Assembly: GCA_964247695.1 (NCBI GenBank)
Contig: CAXTVI010000020.1
Span: forward strand, 8,868 to 72,867
Source of the DNA: an uncultured Acetobacteraceae bacterium
GTDB lineage: Bacteria; Pseudomonadota; Alphaproteobacteria; Acetobacterales; Acetobacteraceae
Direction of reading: 5' to 3'
Length of the DNA stretch: 64,000 bases
In this document: in pieces, positions 1-9,616 of the stretch
Layout of the letters: the number at the start of each line of letters is the position of its first letter
Numbering within the stretch: the stretch's first letter is position 1
Notes under the pieces: generated by a model
Told to the model about the DNA's origin: nothing
The model's input: only the letters and a program-made list of their open reading frames with translations
The model's database searches: none
Translations under genes and position numbers: made by a program

Positions 1-356
1 ACCCCGGCCACCCCGGAAAACTCGGTGAGCAACGCGCCGCCGGTCGCGACCGCGAGCCCGCTCGCCGAGACGATCGCCCAGGTCCGCCCGAAGGTCTCGC
101 GGATCAGCTCGCCGTGGCCGCGCCCGGTGAAGATGCCGAGCCGCACGGTCAGTTCCTGCACCATGAACAGGATCGGCATCAGCAGGAACTGCAGCAGCAG
201 CAGCCGGTAGCCCCACTGCACGCCGCTCTGGCCTGCGGTGATGATGCTGCCGACATCGGTGTCGGCCAGCATGACCACGAGCCCCGGGCCGAACACCGCA
301 GCCGCCCGCGCAAGGCGCGTCTGCTTGGTCCGGACGGCATCGATCGAGAGTGGCAC
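1..356 (-). CDS. Nramp/SLC11-related cation transporter, N-terminal ~118 codons only (gene continues past the left window edge)
   Basis: My reverse translation from GTG at 356 (in-frame TAA just upstream) reads VPLSIDAVRTKQTRLARAAAVFGPGLVVMLADTDVGSIITAGQSGVQWGYRLLLLQFLLMPILFMVQELTVRLGIFTGRGHGELIRETF. This is the Nramp TM1-TM2 pattern. It is absent from the ORF track because it has no stop inside the window. Confidence 0.7.
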   Translation of the reverse strand, partial: MPLSIDAVRTKQTRLARAAAVFGPGLVVMLADTDVGSIITAGQSGVQWGYRLLLLQFLLMPILFMVQELTVRLGIFTGRGHGELIRETFGRTWAIVSASGLAVATGGALLTEFSGVAG

Positions 357-432
357 GTGGCATTATCCGTAACCCGGGCATCGGGGCGCGGCAGGAGAAG
401 GTCGGGCGCTGCCGCTGTCAACTGGCCGTACC

Positions 433-1209
433 TCAGAGCAGCGAGGCACCCTCGGGTGTGTCCTCCAGGACCTCGCGCGGGCCCGCAAGCAGTTCGTCCA
501 GCACCAGCCCCGCCAGGGTGCGGGTCACGGCGCCTCCCGAGGCGAGTGCTGCCTGGTCGAGGCGGCGCGCCGCCTCGCGCATCGCATCCGCGCGCCGCGG
601 CAGGCGGAGCAGCAGCCAGTCCACTACCGGCTGCGCCACCGCGAGCTGACGCTCGGCCAGCAACCGCTGCAGCAGGATGCGCAGCAGCCCCTCCTCGGGC
701 TGCCGCAACCCGACCGCGACCGTCGCGCGCAGGCGGCTGGCGAGATCGGGCAGGCGCACATCCCAGCGCGCGGGCGGCCCGCGTCCGGCCAGCAGGATCG
801 GCAGGCGGTTCTCGCGAGCCGCATTCAGCAAATGCAGCAGGGCAGGTTCGTCACTGGCAAGGTCCGCGTCGTCGATCGCGATGCCGCCTGCCAGACCCTC
901 CCTCTCCGGCAGCCCGGTCAGCCCGCGCAATGCCGTGCCGGGCAGCAGCAGCGCGTCGTGGTCCTGCGCCCAGGCCTGCAGCAGATGCGTCTTGCCGCTG
1001 CCGGCCGCCCCCCACAGCGCCAGCCGGTGGTCGGGCCAGTCGGCGTCGCGCCGGCGCTCGAGCCACGCCAGGGCTGCCGCATTCGAGGGGGCGGCAATGA
1101 AGTCGGCACGGGCGAACTGCTGCCGGTGCGTGAACGGCAACGCGAGCTGCCGCGACCCGCCTGCTTCCTCCTGGACGTCCCCGCCCGGCTGCTCTCCTGA
1201 AGCCACCAC
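433..1209 (-). CDS. hdaA: HdaA-type DnaA-related regulatory protein (regulatory inactivation of DnaA)
   Basis: This is the C-terminal part of ORF 433..1317(-): QLALPF..ADFIAAPSNAAALAWL..WGAAGSGKTHLLQAW (Walker A)..IDDADL..RLPDLASRL. It lies divergent from purM. The start is uncertain: GTG at 1209 or 1206, or ATG at 1278. Confidence 0.75.
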   Translation of the reverse strand: MVASGEQPGGDVQEEAGGSRQLALPFTHRQQFARADFIAAPSNAAALAWLERRRDADWPDHRLALWGAAGSGKTHLLQAWAQDHDALLLPGTALRGLTGLPEREGLAGGIAIDDADLASDEPALLHLLNAARENRLPILLAGRGPPARWDVRLPDLASRLRATVAVGLRQPEEGLLRILLQRLLAERQLAVAQPVVDWLLLRLPRRADAMREAARRLDQAALASGGAVTRTLAGLVLDELLAGPREVLEDTPEGASLL

Positions 1210-1331
1210 TGCTTTGCGCGCCGTCCCGCCTGCCGTAAAGGAACCCGCATTGCATCTACCCGAGGACCGGCCGTCCATCCATGCCGGCCCGCCCAACGGG
1301 CACAAGCCAACCTGCACAAGGCCCTCACAGC

Positions 1332-2405
1332 ATGACCCAGACGCCGCCCGCCGAAGGCACCTACCGCGCGTCGGGTGTCGATATCGAGGCGGGCGAGCGG
1401 CTGGTCGAGGCGATCCGGCCGGCAGCCGGCGCCACCGACCGGCCCGGCACGATGGGCGGCCTCGGCGGCTTCGGCGCGCTGTTCGACCTCAAGGCGGCGG
1501 GGTTTCGCGACCCGGTGCTGGTCTCCTCGACCGACGGCGTCGGCACCAAGCTGATGGTGGCGATCGAGACCGGACTGCACGACTCCGTCGGCATCGACCT
1601 GGTCGCCATGTGCGTCAACGACCTGGTGGTGCAGGGCGCCGAGCCGCTGTTCTTCCTGGACTACTTCGCCACCGGCCACCTGGCGGTGGACGCGGCGGCG
1701 CGCGTGGTGCGCGGCATCGCGGAAGGCTGCCGGCTGTCCGGCTGCGCGCTGGTCGGCGGCGAGACCGCGGAGATGCCGGGCATGTACGGCCCCGGCCACT
1801 ACGATCTCGCCGGGTTCTCGGTGGGCGCGGCCGAACGACATGCCTTGTTGCCGAAGAGCATCTCCCCTGGCGACATCGTCCTCGGCCTGCCGAGCAGCGG
1901 GGTGCACTCGAACGGATTCTCGCTGGTGCGCAGCATCGTGCGCGGCGCCGGCCTGGGCTGGGACGACCCGGCCCCGTTCGCGCCCGGCCTGTCGCTCGGC
2001 GTGGCGCTGATGACACCGACCCGGCTCTACGTGCATCCGGTGCTGGCCCTGCACCGCGCCGGGCTGCTGCGCGGTGCCGCCCACATCACCGGCGGCGGCC
2101 TGCCCGGCAACCTGCCGCGTGCACTCCCGCCGGGCACCCGCGTTGCCATCGACGGCGACGCATGGACGCCGCCGCCGGTGTTCGGCTGGCTTGCCCGGGC
2201 GGGCGGCGTCGAGCCCGAGGAAATGCTGCGCGTGTTCAACTGCGGCATCGGCATGGCGCTGATCGTCTCCAACGTCTCGAGCGCCACCGCCCTGTTGTCC
2301 GAACTGGGCGAGACCGCCTTCGTCATCGGCCGCATCGAGGCGGGAGCAGCCGATGCGCCGGCCTCGCTGCGCTATGCCAGCCTGCCGTTGTTTCTCGAGG
2401 GTTGA
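1332..2405 (+). CDS. purM: Phosphoribosylformylglycinamidine cyclo-ligase (AIR synthetase)
   Basis: [80 protein letters not shown]. The ATG at 1332 fits the PurM N-terminus better than the ORF-track start at 1281. Confidence 0.95.
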   Translation: MTQTPPAEGTYRASGVDIEAGERLVEAIRPAAGATDRPGTMGGLGGFGALFDLKAAGFRDPVLVSSTDGVGTKLMVAIETGLHDSVGIDLVAMCVNDLVVQGAEPLFFLDYFATGHLAVDAAARVVRGIAEGCRLSGCALVGGETAEMPGMYGPGHYDLAGFSVGAAERHALLPKSISPGDIVLGLPSSGVHSNGFSLVRSIVRGAGLGWDDPAPFAPGLSLGVALMTPTRLYVHPVLALHRAGLLRGAAHITGGGLPGNLPRALPPGTRVAIDGDAWTPPPVFGWLARAGGVEPEEMLRVFNCGIGMALIVSNVSSATALLSELGETAFVIGRIEAGAADAPASLRYASLPLFLEG

Positions 2406-2410
2406 GCCGG

Positions 2411-3025
2411 ATGGCGCGGACGCGGGTCGCGGTGCTGGTCAGCGGTCGCGGCAGCAACATGCAGGCGCTGATCGCGGCCTGTGCCGCGCCGGACTATCCG
2501 GCCGAGATCGCCCTGGTGCTGAGCAACAACCCTGCCGCGCCCGGGCTGGACGCTGCCCGGGACGCCGGCATCCCGGCGCGGGCGATCGATCACCGGCCGT
2601 ATGGGCGCAACCGCGCCGCGCACGAGCAGGCGATCGATCTCGCGCTGCGCGAGGCCGGCATCGGCTGCGTCTGCCTCGCGGGCTACATGCGCCTGCTGAC
2701 CCCGCTGCTGACCGGCGCCTGGGCCGGACGCATGCTGAACATCCATCCCAGCCTGCTGCCCGCCTTTCCCGGGCTGCATACCCATGAGCGCGCGCTAGCC
2801 GCCGGTGTCACCTTGCATGGCTGTACGGTGCACCTGGTCACCGAGCGGGTCGATGACGGACCGATCCTGGGACAGGCGGCCATCTGCGTGCAGACCGGCG
2901 ATACCCCGGAAACTCTCGGGGCGCGGGTGCTTGAGCAGGAGCACCGGCTGTATCCGCAGGCCCTGCGCCAACACCTGGTTGGTGGCGCGCCCGAGGCGCG
3001 GAATGGCGTGCTGCTCGCGGTCTGA
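2411..3025 (+). CDS. purN: Phosphoribosylglycinamide formyltransferase
   Basis: MARTRVAVLVSGRGSNMQALI..LAGYMRLLTP..RMLNIHPSLLPAFPGLHTHERAL..HGCTVHLVTERVDDGPIL. It starts 5 nt after the purM stop. Confidence 0.95.
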   Translation: MARTRVAVLVSGRGSNMQALIAACAAPDYPAEIALVLSNNPAAPGLDAARDAGIPARAIDHRPYGRNRAAHEQAIDLALREAGIGCVCLAGYMRLLTPLLTGAWAGRMLNIHPSLLPAFPGLHTHERALAAGVTLHGCTVHLVTERVDDGPILGQAAICVQTGDTPETLGARVLEQEHRLYPQALRQHLVGGAPEARNGVLLAV

Positions 3026-3095
3026 CGCGGGATTTATCGGGCGACCCATACTGCGCTAGAGATGCGGCCGGGAGCATCCAGGAGGACCCACGACC

Positions 3096-3260
3096 ATGGC
3101 CGAGCAGGCTCCTCGCAGCGAAGGCGCGCCGCTGCCAACGACGGCGGAGGCCCTGATGGCCGACCGCCAGATGTTCTGGGCGCGGTTCTGCCGGGCCGCG
3201 TTCTGGGCGGTCGTGGTCGTCATCGCCATCGTGGTGCTGCTGGACTGGACCCTGGTCTGA
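3096..3260 (+). CDS. Small (54 aa) single-TM membrane protein, below the ORF-track size cutoff; weak resemblance to bacterial aa3 oxidase subunit IV-type peptides
   Basis: The ATG at 3096 follows GGAGGA (3081-3086) with a 9-nt spacer. It reads [54 protein letters not shown] and stops at TGA 3258-3260. Confidence 0.4.
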   Translation: MAEQAPRSEGAPLPTTAEALMADRQMFWARFCRAAFWAVVVVIAIVVLLDWTLV

Positions 3261-4545
3261 AGCCGGTGCCGGGCGGGATTTCACGGCCGCCTGTATCCGG
3301 CAGCGCCAGCGCCGCGCCGGCGCAGACAAGGTTCACCACAAGCAGGTACCAGCCGGGCGAGAGGCCGCTGCCGGTCTCGCGGATCAGCGAGACGAAGGCG
3401 ACCTGCGCGGTGCCGCCGAAGGCCGCGATCGCCACCGCATAGACCATGCCGAACCGGGTCGCTCGCTGCGCCCCCGGCAGGTGCTGCAGCATCAGCACGA
3501 TGCTGCCGACGAAGCCGGAGGCCTGCATGATGGCGATCCCCGCGCACAGCCCGATGAACAGGGCGGTGCTGCCGCTGCGCGAGGCGAGCCACAGGCCTGG
3601 CACCACCAGCAGAGCCAGCAGCAGGCGCGGCCAGACCGCGACCCGCCTGCTGCCGAACCGGTCGGCCAGCACGCCGCCGCCCCAGGCAGCGCCCGCGCCG
3701 CATACGCCGATCACCACGGTCACCAGCAGCGCATTGCGTATCGGCAGGTGCAGCACGGTCAGCGCGTAGCTGGTGGAGAAATTCAGGAAGTACTGGGTGA
3801 CGGTGCCGCCTGCCATCATCAGGAGGCCGCAGGCGAGCACCCGGCCCAGCGGCGGCCGTGCCTCGGGTTCGGCGGCAGCCTCGGGCCGTCGCGGCTCATG
3901 CAGACCCGAGCGCAGCCAGAGCCCGACCGGAACCACGGCCGTGCCAAGCAGGAACGGAATTCGCCAGCCCCACCGCGACAGCGAGGCGGCCCCGAGCAGC
4001 ACGTCCAGCAGCACGCCGACCAGGCCGCACAGCAGCACCGCGCAGGCCTGGCTCACCCCCTGCCAGGCGACCAGCCGTCCTTGCCGGCCTTGCTGTCCGG
4101 GAGGAGTGGGGCCAGCGGCGTCGAGCAGGAAGATCGTGGCCGGTCCCGCCTCGCCGCCCCAGGCGATGCCCTGGATCAGCCGCGCCAGCACCAGCAGCAA
4201 CGGCGCGGCCCGGCCGAGCGTGGCATAGCCCGGCAGCAGGCCGATGATCAGGCTGCCGAGCCCCATCAGGGCCAGCGAGGCCAGCATGCCGGCCCGGTTG
4301 CCCCGACGGTCGGCGAGTGCCCCGATCAGCAGCGCGCCGAGCGGCCGGGTGACGAAGCCGACCCCGAAGGTCGAGACCGACAGCAGCAGCGACAGGCCAG
4401 GGTCATGCACCGGGAAGAACGCCCGGCCGATCATCACCGCAAAGGTGCCGTAGGCGATGAAGTCGAACACCTCGAGGGTGTTGCCGAGAACCGCGGCGAC
4501 GATCTGGCCCGGCTTTGCTGCTGCGGGCGAGAGACCCTGGTTCAG
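3220..4545 (-). CDS. MFS transporter, metabolite:H+ symporter (MHS)-like
   Basis: ..[64 protein letters not shown].., about 12 TM. There is no in-frame ATG, GTG or TTG near the N-terminus. The only nearby candidate start is CTG 4545-4543, which overlaps the ndk stop. Confidence 0.7.
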   Translation of the reverse strand: MNQGLSPAAAKPGQIVAAVLGNTLEVFDFIAYGTFAVMIGRAFFPVHDPGLSLLLSVSTFGVGFVTRPLGALLIGALADRRGNRAGMLASLALMGLGSLIIGLLPGYATLGRAAPLLLVLARLIQGIAWGGEAGPATIFLLDAAGPTPPGQQGRQGRLVAWQGVSQACAVLLCGLVGVLLDVLLGAASLSRWGWRIPFLLGTAVVPVGLWLRSGLHEPRRPEAAAEPEARPPLGRVLACGLLMMAGGTVTQYFLNFSTSYALTVLHLPIRNALLVTVVIGVCGAGAAWGGGVLADRFGSRRVAVWPRLLLALLVVPGLWLASRSGSTALFIGLCAGIAIMQASGFVGSIVLMLQHLPGAQRATRFGMVYAVAIAAFGGTAQVAFVSLIRETGSGLSPGWYLLVVNLVCAGAALALPDTGGREIPPGTGFRPGSSPAAPRWR

Positions 4546-4964
4546 GGCAGGATCTCGGTCCCCGAGAAGAAGAAGGCGATCTCGGCAGCGGCATTCTCCG
4601 GGCTGTCGGAGCCATGCACCGAGTTCGCCTCGATGCTCTCGGCGAACTGCGCGCGCACCGTATGCGCTTCGGCCTTCTTCGGGTCGGTGGCGCCCATCAC
4701 CGAGCGGTTCTTCAGCACCGCGCCCTCGCCCTCTAGCACCTGCACCACCACCGGGCCCGCGGTCATCGAGGCGACCAGGCTGGCGTAGAACGGCCGCTCC
4801 TTGTGCACTTCGTAGAAGGCGCCGGCCTCCAGGTCCGACAGGCGGATGCGACGCTGAGCGACGATGCGCAGGCCGGCGTCCTCGAACAGGGTGTTGATGC
4901 GGCCGGTCAGGTTGCGCCGGGTGGCGTCCGGCTTGATGATGGAAAGCGTGCGCTCGGTCGCCAT
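4542..4964 (-). CDS. ndk: Nucleoside diphosphate kinase
   Basis: [59 protein letters not shown]. This is the last 140 codons of track ORF 4542..6926(-), starting at ATG 4964. Confidence 0.97.
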   Translation of the reverse strand: MATERTLSIIKPDATRRNLTGRINTLFEDAGLRIVAQRRIRLSDLEAGAFYEVHKERPFYASLVASMTAGPVVVQVLEGEGAVLKNRSVMGATDPKKAEAHTVRAQFAESIEANSVHGSDSPENAAAEIAFFFSGTEILP

Positions 4965-5057
4965 GTTTTGGCTCCTCTTGAAGTCGGTTGATCCCGGCCG
5001 CGCATCTAGAGCAAATCGGTTCGACTGACCACACGCGCTCCCGCACAGGACCCTCGC

Positions 5058-6974
5058 TTGAGCCTGCTCGTCATCTCCGGCCTCACCTTGCGCATCGCCG
5101 GCCGCACCCTGCTGGATGCTGCCGACCTCACCATCGAGCCGGGTCGCCGGATCGGCCTGCTGGGCCGCAACGGCGCCGGCAAATCCACCCTGCTGGCCGC
5201 GATCGCCGGCGACATCGCGCCCGACGGCGGCGAGATCCGGCTGTCGTCGCGGGCCCGCATGGCGCGCATCCTGCAGGAGGCACCCTCCGGTCCCGCAAGC
5301 CTGCTGCAGACCGTGCTCGACGGCGACACCGAGCGCGCCGGGCTGCTCGCCGCCGCGGAAGATGGAGCGCAGGCGGGATCCGACCCGGCCCGGCTCGCCG
5401 ACATCCACGAGCGCCTGCGCGGGATCGGCGCCGACAGCGCACCGGCCCGCGCCGCCACCATCCTTGCCGGCCTCGGCTTCGATGCCGAAGCCCAGGCGCG
5501 TGCCGTGGACGAGTTCTCCGGCGGCTGGCGCATGCGCGTGGCACTGGCGACCGCCTTGTTCCTGCAGCCCGACCTGCTGCTGCTCGACGAGCCGACCAAC
5601 CATCTCGACCTCGAGGCGACGATGTGGCTGGAGAACTGGCTGGCCCGGTTCCCTGGCGCGGCCCTGATCGTCAGCCACGACCGCAACCTGCTGGACCGGG
5701 CCGTGCACGCGATCGCCCATCTCGATCGCGGCGGCCTGTCGCTCACCCCGGGCGGCTACGACGAGTTCGTGCGCATACGCACCGAGCAGGCGCTGCAGCA
5801 GAACCGTGCCGCCGAGCGCATCGCCCAGCGCCGCGCGCACATGCAGTCCTTCGTGGACCGGTTCCGCGCCAAGGCGACCAAGGCCCGGCAGGCGCAGGCC
5901 CGCATCAAGGCGCTGGAGAAGCTCGACCATATCGAGAGCGTGATCGAGGACGCACCCACCCGGTTCGCGTTTCCCGAGCCGGCCCAGTTGGCACCCCCGA
6001 TGCTGACCATGGAGCGGGTCGATGCCGGCTATGACGGGCGGGCCATCCTGCGCGGGCTTTCGCTGCGCATCGACATGGACGACCGCATCGCCCTGCTCGG
6101 CGCCAACGGCAACGGCAAGTCCACCTTCGCCAAGCTGCTCGCCGGGCGCCTCGCGCCGATGCGCGGCACCCTCTCCAAGGCGCGCCAGCTGCGTGTCGGA
6201 TATTTCGCGCAGCACCAGGCCGAGGAGCTGGATCCTGACGCAAGCCCCGTCGCCCATATGGCGCGCGCGCTGCCGGACGCCTCGCCGACGCTGCTGCGCA
6301 GCCAGCTCGCCCGCTTCGGCCTGGATGCCGACCGCGCCAATACCGCGTCCCGCGACCTCTCCGGCGGCGAGAAGGCGCGGCTGCTGCTGGCGCTGGCCAC
6401 GCGCGATGCGCCGCAACTGCTGATCCTGGACGAGCCCACCAATCATCTGGACATCGATGCCCGCGAGGCCCTGGTGCGGGCGCTGGCGGAGTTCTCCGGC
6501 GCAGTCCTGCTGATCAGCCACGATGCCCACCTGGTCGAGCTGGTGGCGGACCGGCTTTGGCTGGTCGGCGACGGCGCCGTGCGTCCCTTCGAAGGCGACA
6601 TGGCGGAGTATCGCACCTGGCTCGGCGAGCGCGCGCGGATCGCCAGCCGGGCCGCCGGAAGCGGGTCGGGCCCGGAGGCTGAAGCTGATCCCGGCCAGGC
6701 GGCGGACCGACGCGACCGGGCGGAGCAGCGGCGGATCCTGGCGCCGGTCCGCAGGCGCGCCCAGGAGGCCGAGCGGACGCTCGCAAGGCTGGCCGCGGAG
6801 CGCGCGATACTGGAACAGCGGCTGGCGGATCCGGCCTTCTATCTGGCCGGCAAGGGTGCCGAGATCACCTCGGTCAACACCCGGCTGGCGGCAATCGGCC
6901 GCCAGGAGAACGAGGTGGAGGAGCAATGGCTGCTGGCCGAGCAGGAGCTTGAGACCGCGAAAAGCGATTATTGA
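5058..6974 (+). CDS. ABC-F family ATPase (two ABC domains, no TM domain)
   Basis: [26 protein letters not shown] and [12 protein letters not shown] in the first domain; [25 protein letters not shown] and [11 protein letters not shown] in the second; charged coiled-coil C-terminus. TTG start at 5058. Confidence 0.9.
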   Translation: MSLLVISGLTLRIAGRTLLDAADLTIEPGRRIGLLGRNGAGKSTLLAAIAGDIAPDGGEIRLSSRARMARILQEAPSGPASLLQTVLDGDTERAGLLAAAEDGAQAGSDPARLADIHERLRGIGADSAPARAATILAGLGFDAEAQARAVDEFSGGWRMRVALATALFLQPDLLLLDEPTNHLDLEATMWLENWLARFPGAALIVSHDRNLLDRAVHAIAHLDRGGLSLTPGGYDEFVRIRTEQALQQNRAAERIAQRRAHMQSFVDRFRAKATKARQAQARIKALEKLDHIESVIEDAPTRFAFPEPAQLAPPMLTMERVDAGYDGRAILRGLSLRIDMDDRIALLGANGNGKSTFAKLLAGRLAPMRGTLSKARQLRVGYFAQHQAEELDPDASPVAHMARALPDASPTLLRSQLARFGLDADRANTASRDLSGGEKARLLLALATRDAPQLLILDEPTNHLDIDAREALVRALAEFSGAVLLISHDAHLVELVADRLWLVGDGAVRPFEGDMAEYRTWLGERARIASRAAGSGSGPEAEADPGQAADRRDRAEQRRILAPVRRRAQEAERTLARLAAERAILEQRLADPAFYLAGKGAEITSVNTRLAAIGRQENEVEEQWLLAEQELETAKSDY

Positions 6975-6999
6975 AATCTAAACGATTTCGTTTCACAAT
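6971..6999 (+). promoter_or_regulatory. Candidate sigma70-type promoter for the MHYT-GGDEF-EAL gene
   Basis: TTGAAA (6971-6976), a 17-nt spacer, then CACAAT (6994-6999), in an AT-rich gap. The spacer contains the inverted repeat AAACGA-tt-TCGTTT (6980-6993). Confidence 0.2.
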
Positions 7000-7034
7000 C
7001 ATTTGTATCGGCGAGAGGGGCGAGTGACCATTCC

Positions 7035-9458
7035 ATGATGCGCGTAGTGGGTTGCATCACCGACCAGCATGATCCGCGCCTGCTTCTGCTGGCTGCCTGC
7101 ATCTGTCTGCTTGCCTGCCTGACAACAACCGCGCTGGTGGCGCGAGCCTGGCGTCCGGGCCGCTTCGGCTCATCGCCGTGGCTGTCCGCAGCCGCCGCGG
7201 TGTTCGGTTGCGGCGTCTGGTCGCTGCATTTCGTGGCCATGCTCGCCTTCATGCCGGGGATGGCGATCACCTACCGCCCCGGCCTCACCCTGATCTCGAT
7301 CCTGCTCGTGACCTGCGGCACGCTGCTGGCGCTGCTGTGCCTGCGCCTGTCGCTGTCGCGGGCCCTCCGGTGCACCCTGGCGGGTGCGGCGCTCGGATCG
7401 AGCGTGGCCGCCATGCATGCGGTCGGCGTGGCGGCGATGGATGTTCCAGGCACGCTGTCGATCGACCGGGCGCAGGTGGCCTGGTCACTGGCCTTCGGCA
7501 TCGTCCTGGCGACGATCGCCTTCCTGCGGTCCGACCGGGTTTCCTCAATGTGGCGGCGCATCGAGGTGTCAGGCTGGCTCGCCGCCTGCGTCCTGAGCAT
7601 CCATTTCATCGGCATGTCGGCGCTGCGGATCACCCTGGGTCCGCCGGCCGCGCATGGCGCGCCGAGCCAGGGCGGCTTCGGCTACGACACGCTGGCGATC
7701 GGCGTCGGCGCGGTCAGCCTGGTCGTGCTGGTCGCCAGCTTGGCCGCGACCCTGATGGAGCAGCATCTCTCCGAACGGACCGCCCTGGAGCTGCAGCGCC
7801 TGCGCCTGCTGAGCTCGATCTCGCGCGAGGTCATGATCATCCACCAGGACGGCCTGATCCTCGAGGTCAATGCCGCCGGCGCCACGCTGTTCGGCGAGCC
7901 GCAGGAGGCGCTGATCGGCCGCGAGTTCCTGGACCTGTTCGCGGTCGGCAGCCGGCCGGGCGCCTATGCGCAGATGCAGCAGGGCAGCGAGCCGCAGGCG
8001 CCTGCCAAGCTGGAGGTGCGGGTGCGGTCCGGCCGGGTGGTCCCGGTCGAGGTCGCCTGCCGGGCCATCGACTTCATCGGCCGGCCGGCGACCGCGGTCG
8101 CCCTCGTCGACCAGTCCGAGCGCCGCCGGGCCGCCGAGACCATCCGACACCTGGCGCAGCACGATGCGCTGACCGGCCTGCCGAACCGGCTGCTGCTGCA
8201 CGAGCGCATGACCCAGATGCTGGCAGCCAGCGACTCGCAGCAGACCTCGGTGGCGCTGCTGCATCTCGATCTCGACCGCTTCAAGGCCTGCAACGACCTG
8301 CTCGGCGACCAGGGCGCCGACCTGCTGCTCACCGAGCTGGCGTCGCGGCTCACCGCGGAACTGCGTTCCGCCGACACCCTGGCGCGGATCGGCGGCGACG
8401 AGTTCGTCATCGTCTGCGCCCTGCAGGAGGATGCGCGTCAGGCGGCGGCGCTGGCGGGCCGCCTGCTGGATGCATTGAACCGGCCGTTCGAGCATGCCGG
8501 CCTGCGCATCGATCCGAGTGCCAGCATCGGCATCGCGCTCTACCCGCAGGATGCGGCCAGCCAGGCGGCGCTGCTGCGTGCGGCCGGCTCGGCGCTGCGC
8601 GAGGCAAAATGCCAGAACTCCGGCTCGTTCCGCTTCTTCGAGCACGGCATGGATCAGCTGCTGCACGAGCGGGTCGAGCTCGAGCACGACCTGCGGCTCG
8701 CCATCGAGAATGACGAGCTCGAGCTGCACTACCAGCCGCTGTTCAGTTGCAGCAGCGGCGTGATCGAAGGCTACGAGGCGCTGATACGCTGGCATCATCC
8801 CAGGCGCGGGATGGTGATGCCGGTCGATTTCATTCCGTTGGCCGAGCAGACCGGGCTGATCGTCCCGATCGGCGAGTGGGCGATCCGGACGGCCTGCATC
8901 GAGGCCTCGACCTGGCCGGCGCGGCAGTCGATCGCGGTGAACGTCTCGCCGATGCAGTTCCGGCAGTCCAACCTGCCCTCGATCGTTGCCGACGCCCTGC
9001 TGGCGTCCGGCCTGCCCGCGCACCGGCTCGAGATCGAGATCACCGAGGGGGTGCTGATTACCGACACCGACGATGCGATCAGAACCCTCACCGCGCTGCG
9101 CGGACAAGGCGTGCGCATGTCGCTCGACGATTTCGGCACCGGCTACTCGAGCCTGAGCTACCTGTCGTCGTTTGCCGTGGACAAGATCAAGATCGACCGC
9201 TCCTTCGTGCGGACACTCGGCCAGAGCGAAGGCGCTGCCCTGCTGGTGCGGACGATCATCGAGCTTGGCCATCATCTCGGCCTGACGGTGGTCGCCGAGG
9301 GGGTGGAGACGCCGCAGCAGCTTGCAATGATCCAGCGCAAGGGCTGCGACCAGGTGCAGGGCTACCTGCTCGGCCGTCCGGCGCGCATGGCTCAGAACGA
9401 GCCGCGGCAACGGGAGATCGGCCGGGAGCCGGAACTGCAGGACGAAGCCATCCTGTAA
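7035..9458 (+). CDS. MHYT-domain / PAS / GGDEF / EAL signalling protein (c-di-GMP synthase-phosphodiesterase)
   Basis: Three MHYT-like TM repeats (WSLHFVAMLAF, AAMHAVGVAAM, LSIHFIGMSAL). PAS segment (IIHQDGLILEVNAAGATLFG). RSAD I-site 5 residues before GGDEF (RIGGDEFVIV). EAL motifs (YEALIRW, DDFGTGYSSLSYL, KIDRSF, EGVET). Confidence 0.9.
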   Translation: MMRVVGCITDQHDPRLLLLAACICLLACLTTTALVARAWRPGRFGSSPWLSAAAAVFGCGVWSLHFVAMLAFMPGMAITYRPGLTLISILLVTCGTLLALLCLRLSLSRALRCTLAGAALGSSVAAMHAVGVAAMDVPGTLSIDRAQVAWSLAFGIVLATIAFLRSDRVSSMWRRIEVSGWLAACVLSIHFIGMSALRITLGPPAAHGAPSQGGFGYDTLAIGVGAVSLVVLVASLAATLMEQHLSERTALELQRLRLLSSISREVMIIHQDGLILEVNAAGATLFGEPQEALIGREFLDLFAVGSRPGAYAQMQQGSEPQAPAKLEVRVRSGRVVPVEVACRAIDFIGRPATAVALVDQSERRRAAETIRHLAQHDALTGLPNRLLLHERMTQMLAASDSQQTSVALLHLDLDRFKACNDLLGDQGADLLLTELASRLTAELRSADTLARIGGDEFVIVCALQEDARQAAALAGRLLDALNRPFEHAGLRIDPSASIGIALYPQDAASQAALLRAAGSALREAKCQNSGSFRFFEHGMDQLLHERVELEHDLRLAIENDELELHYQPLFSCSSGVIEGYEALIRWHHPRRGMVMPVDFIPLAEQTGLIVPIGEWAIRTACIEASTWPARQSIAVNVSPMQFRQSNLPSIVADALLASGLPAHRLEIEITEGVLITDTDDAIRTLTALRGQGVRMSLDDFGTGYSSLSYLSSFAVDKIKIDRSFVRTLGQSEGAALLVRTIIELGHHLGLTVVAEGVETPQQLAMIQRKGCDQVQGYLLGRPARMAQNEPRQREIGREPELQDEAIL

Positions 9459-9616
9459 TGGTATAAAATGGTTAAAGCGTTTAGCTTATTGACGCATTCA
9501 AGCGTGCTTCATTAACCTTCCTCCACCCAGTGGGATGAGACAACGATCTGGCTCTGCATCGCTTCGGCGGGCGGTCCGGGCGCCTCTCGATCTACCGGCC
9601 AACGAGAGGAAGCTTG

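Noticed and set aside
363-371. DnaA-box-like TTATCCGTA next to hdaA and the Nramp start.
   Set aside because: It is a single 7/9 match to TTATCCACA with no clustering, which is compatible with chance. The window shows no origin-like features.
677-3025. 782-aa plus-strand ORF covering the hdaA, purM and purN region.
   Set aside because: Only the last 204 codons (from ATG 2411) match PurN. The remainder is out of frame with purM and antisense to hdaA.
3062-3442. 126-aa ORF (MRPGASRRTHDHGRAGSS..) in the purN-MFS gap.
   Set aside because: It has an Arg/Gly-rich composition and no Shine-Dalgarno. A different frame holds a short ORF (3096..3260) with a strong SD and a TM helix, which I prefer.
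4542-6926. 794-aa ORF on the minus strand spanning the whole ABC-F gene.
   Set aside because: Only its last 140 codons (from ATG 4964) are real, and they encode ndk. The upstream part is antisense to a clear ABC-F ATPase and is low-complexity.
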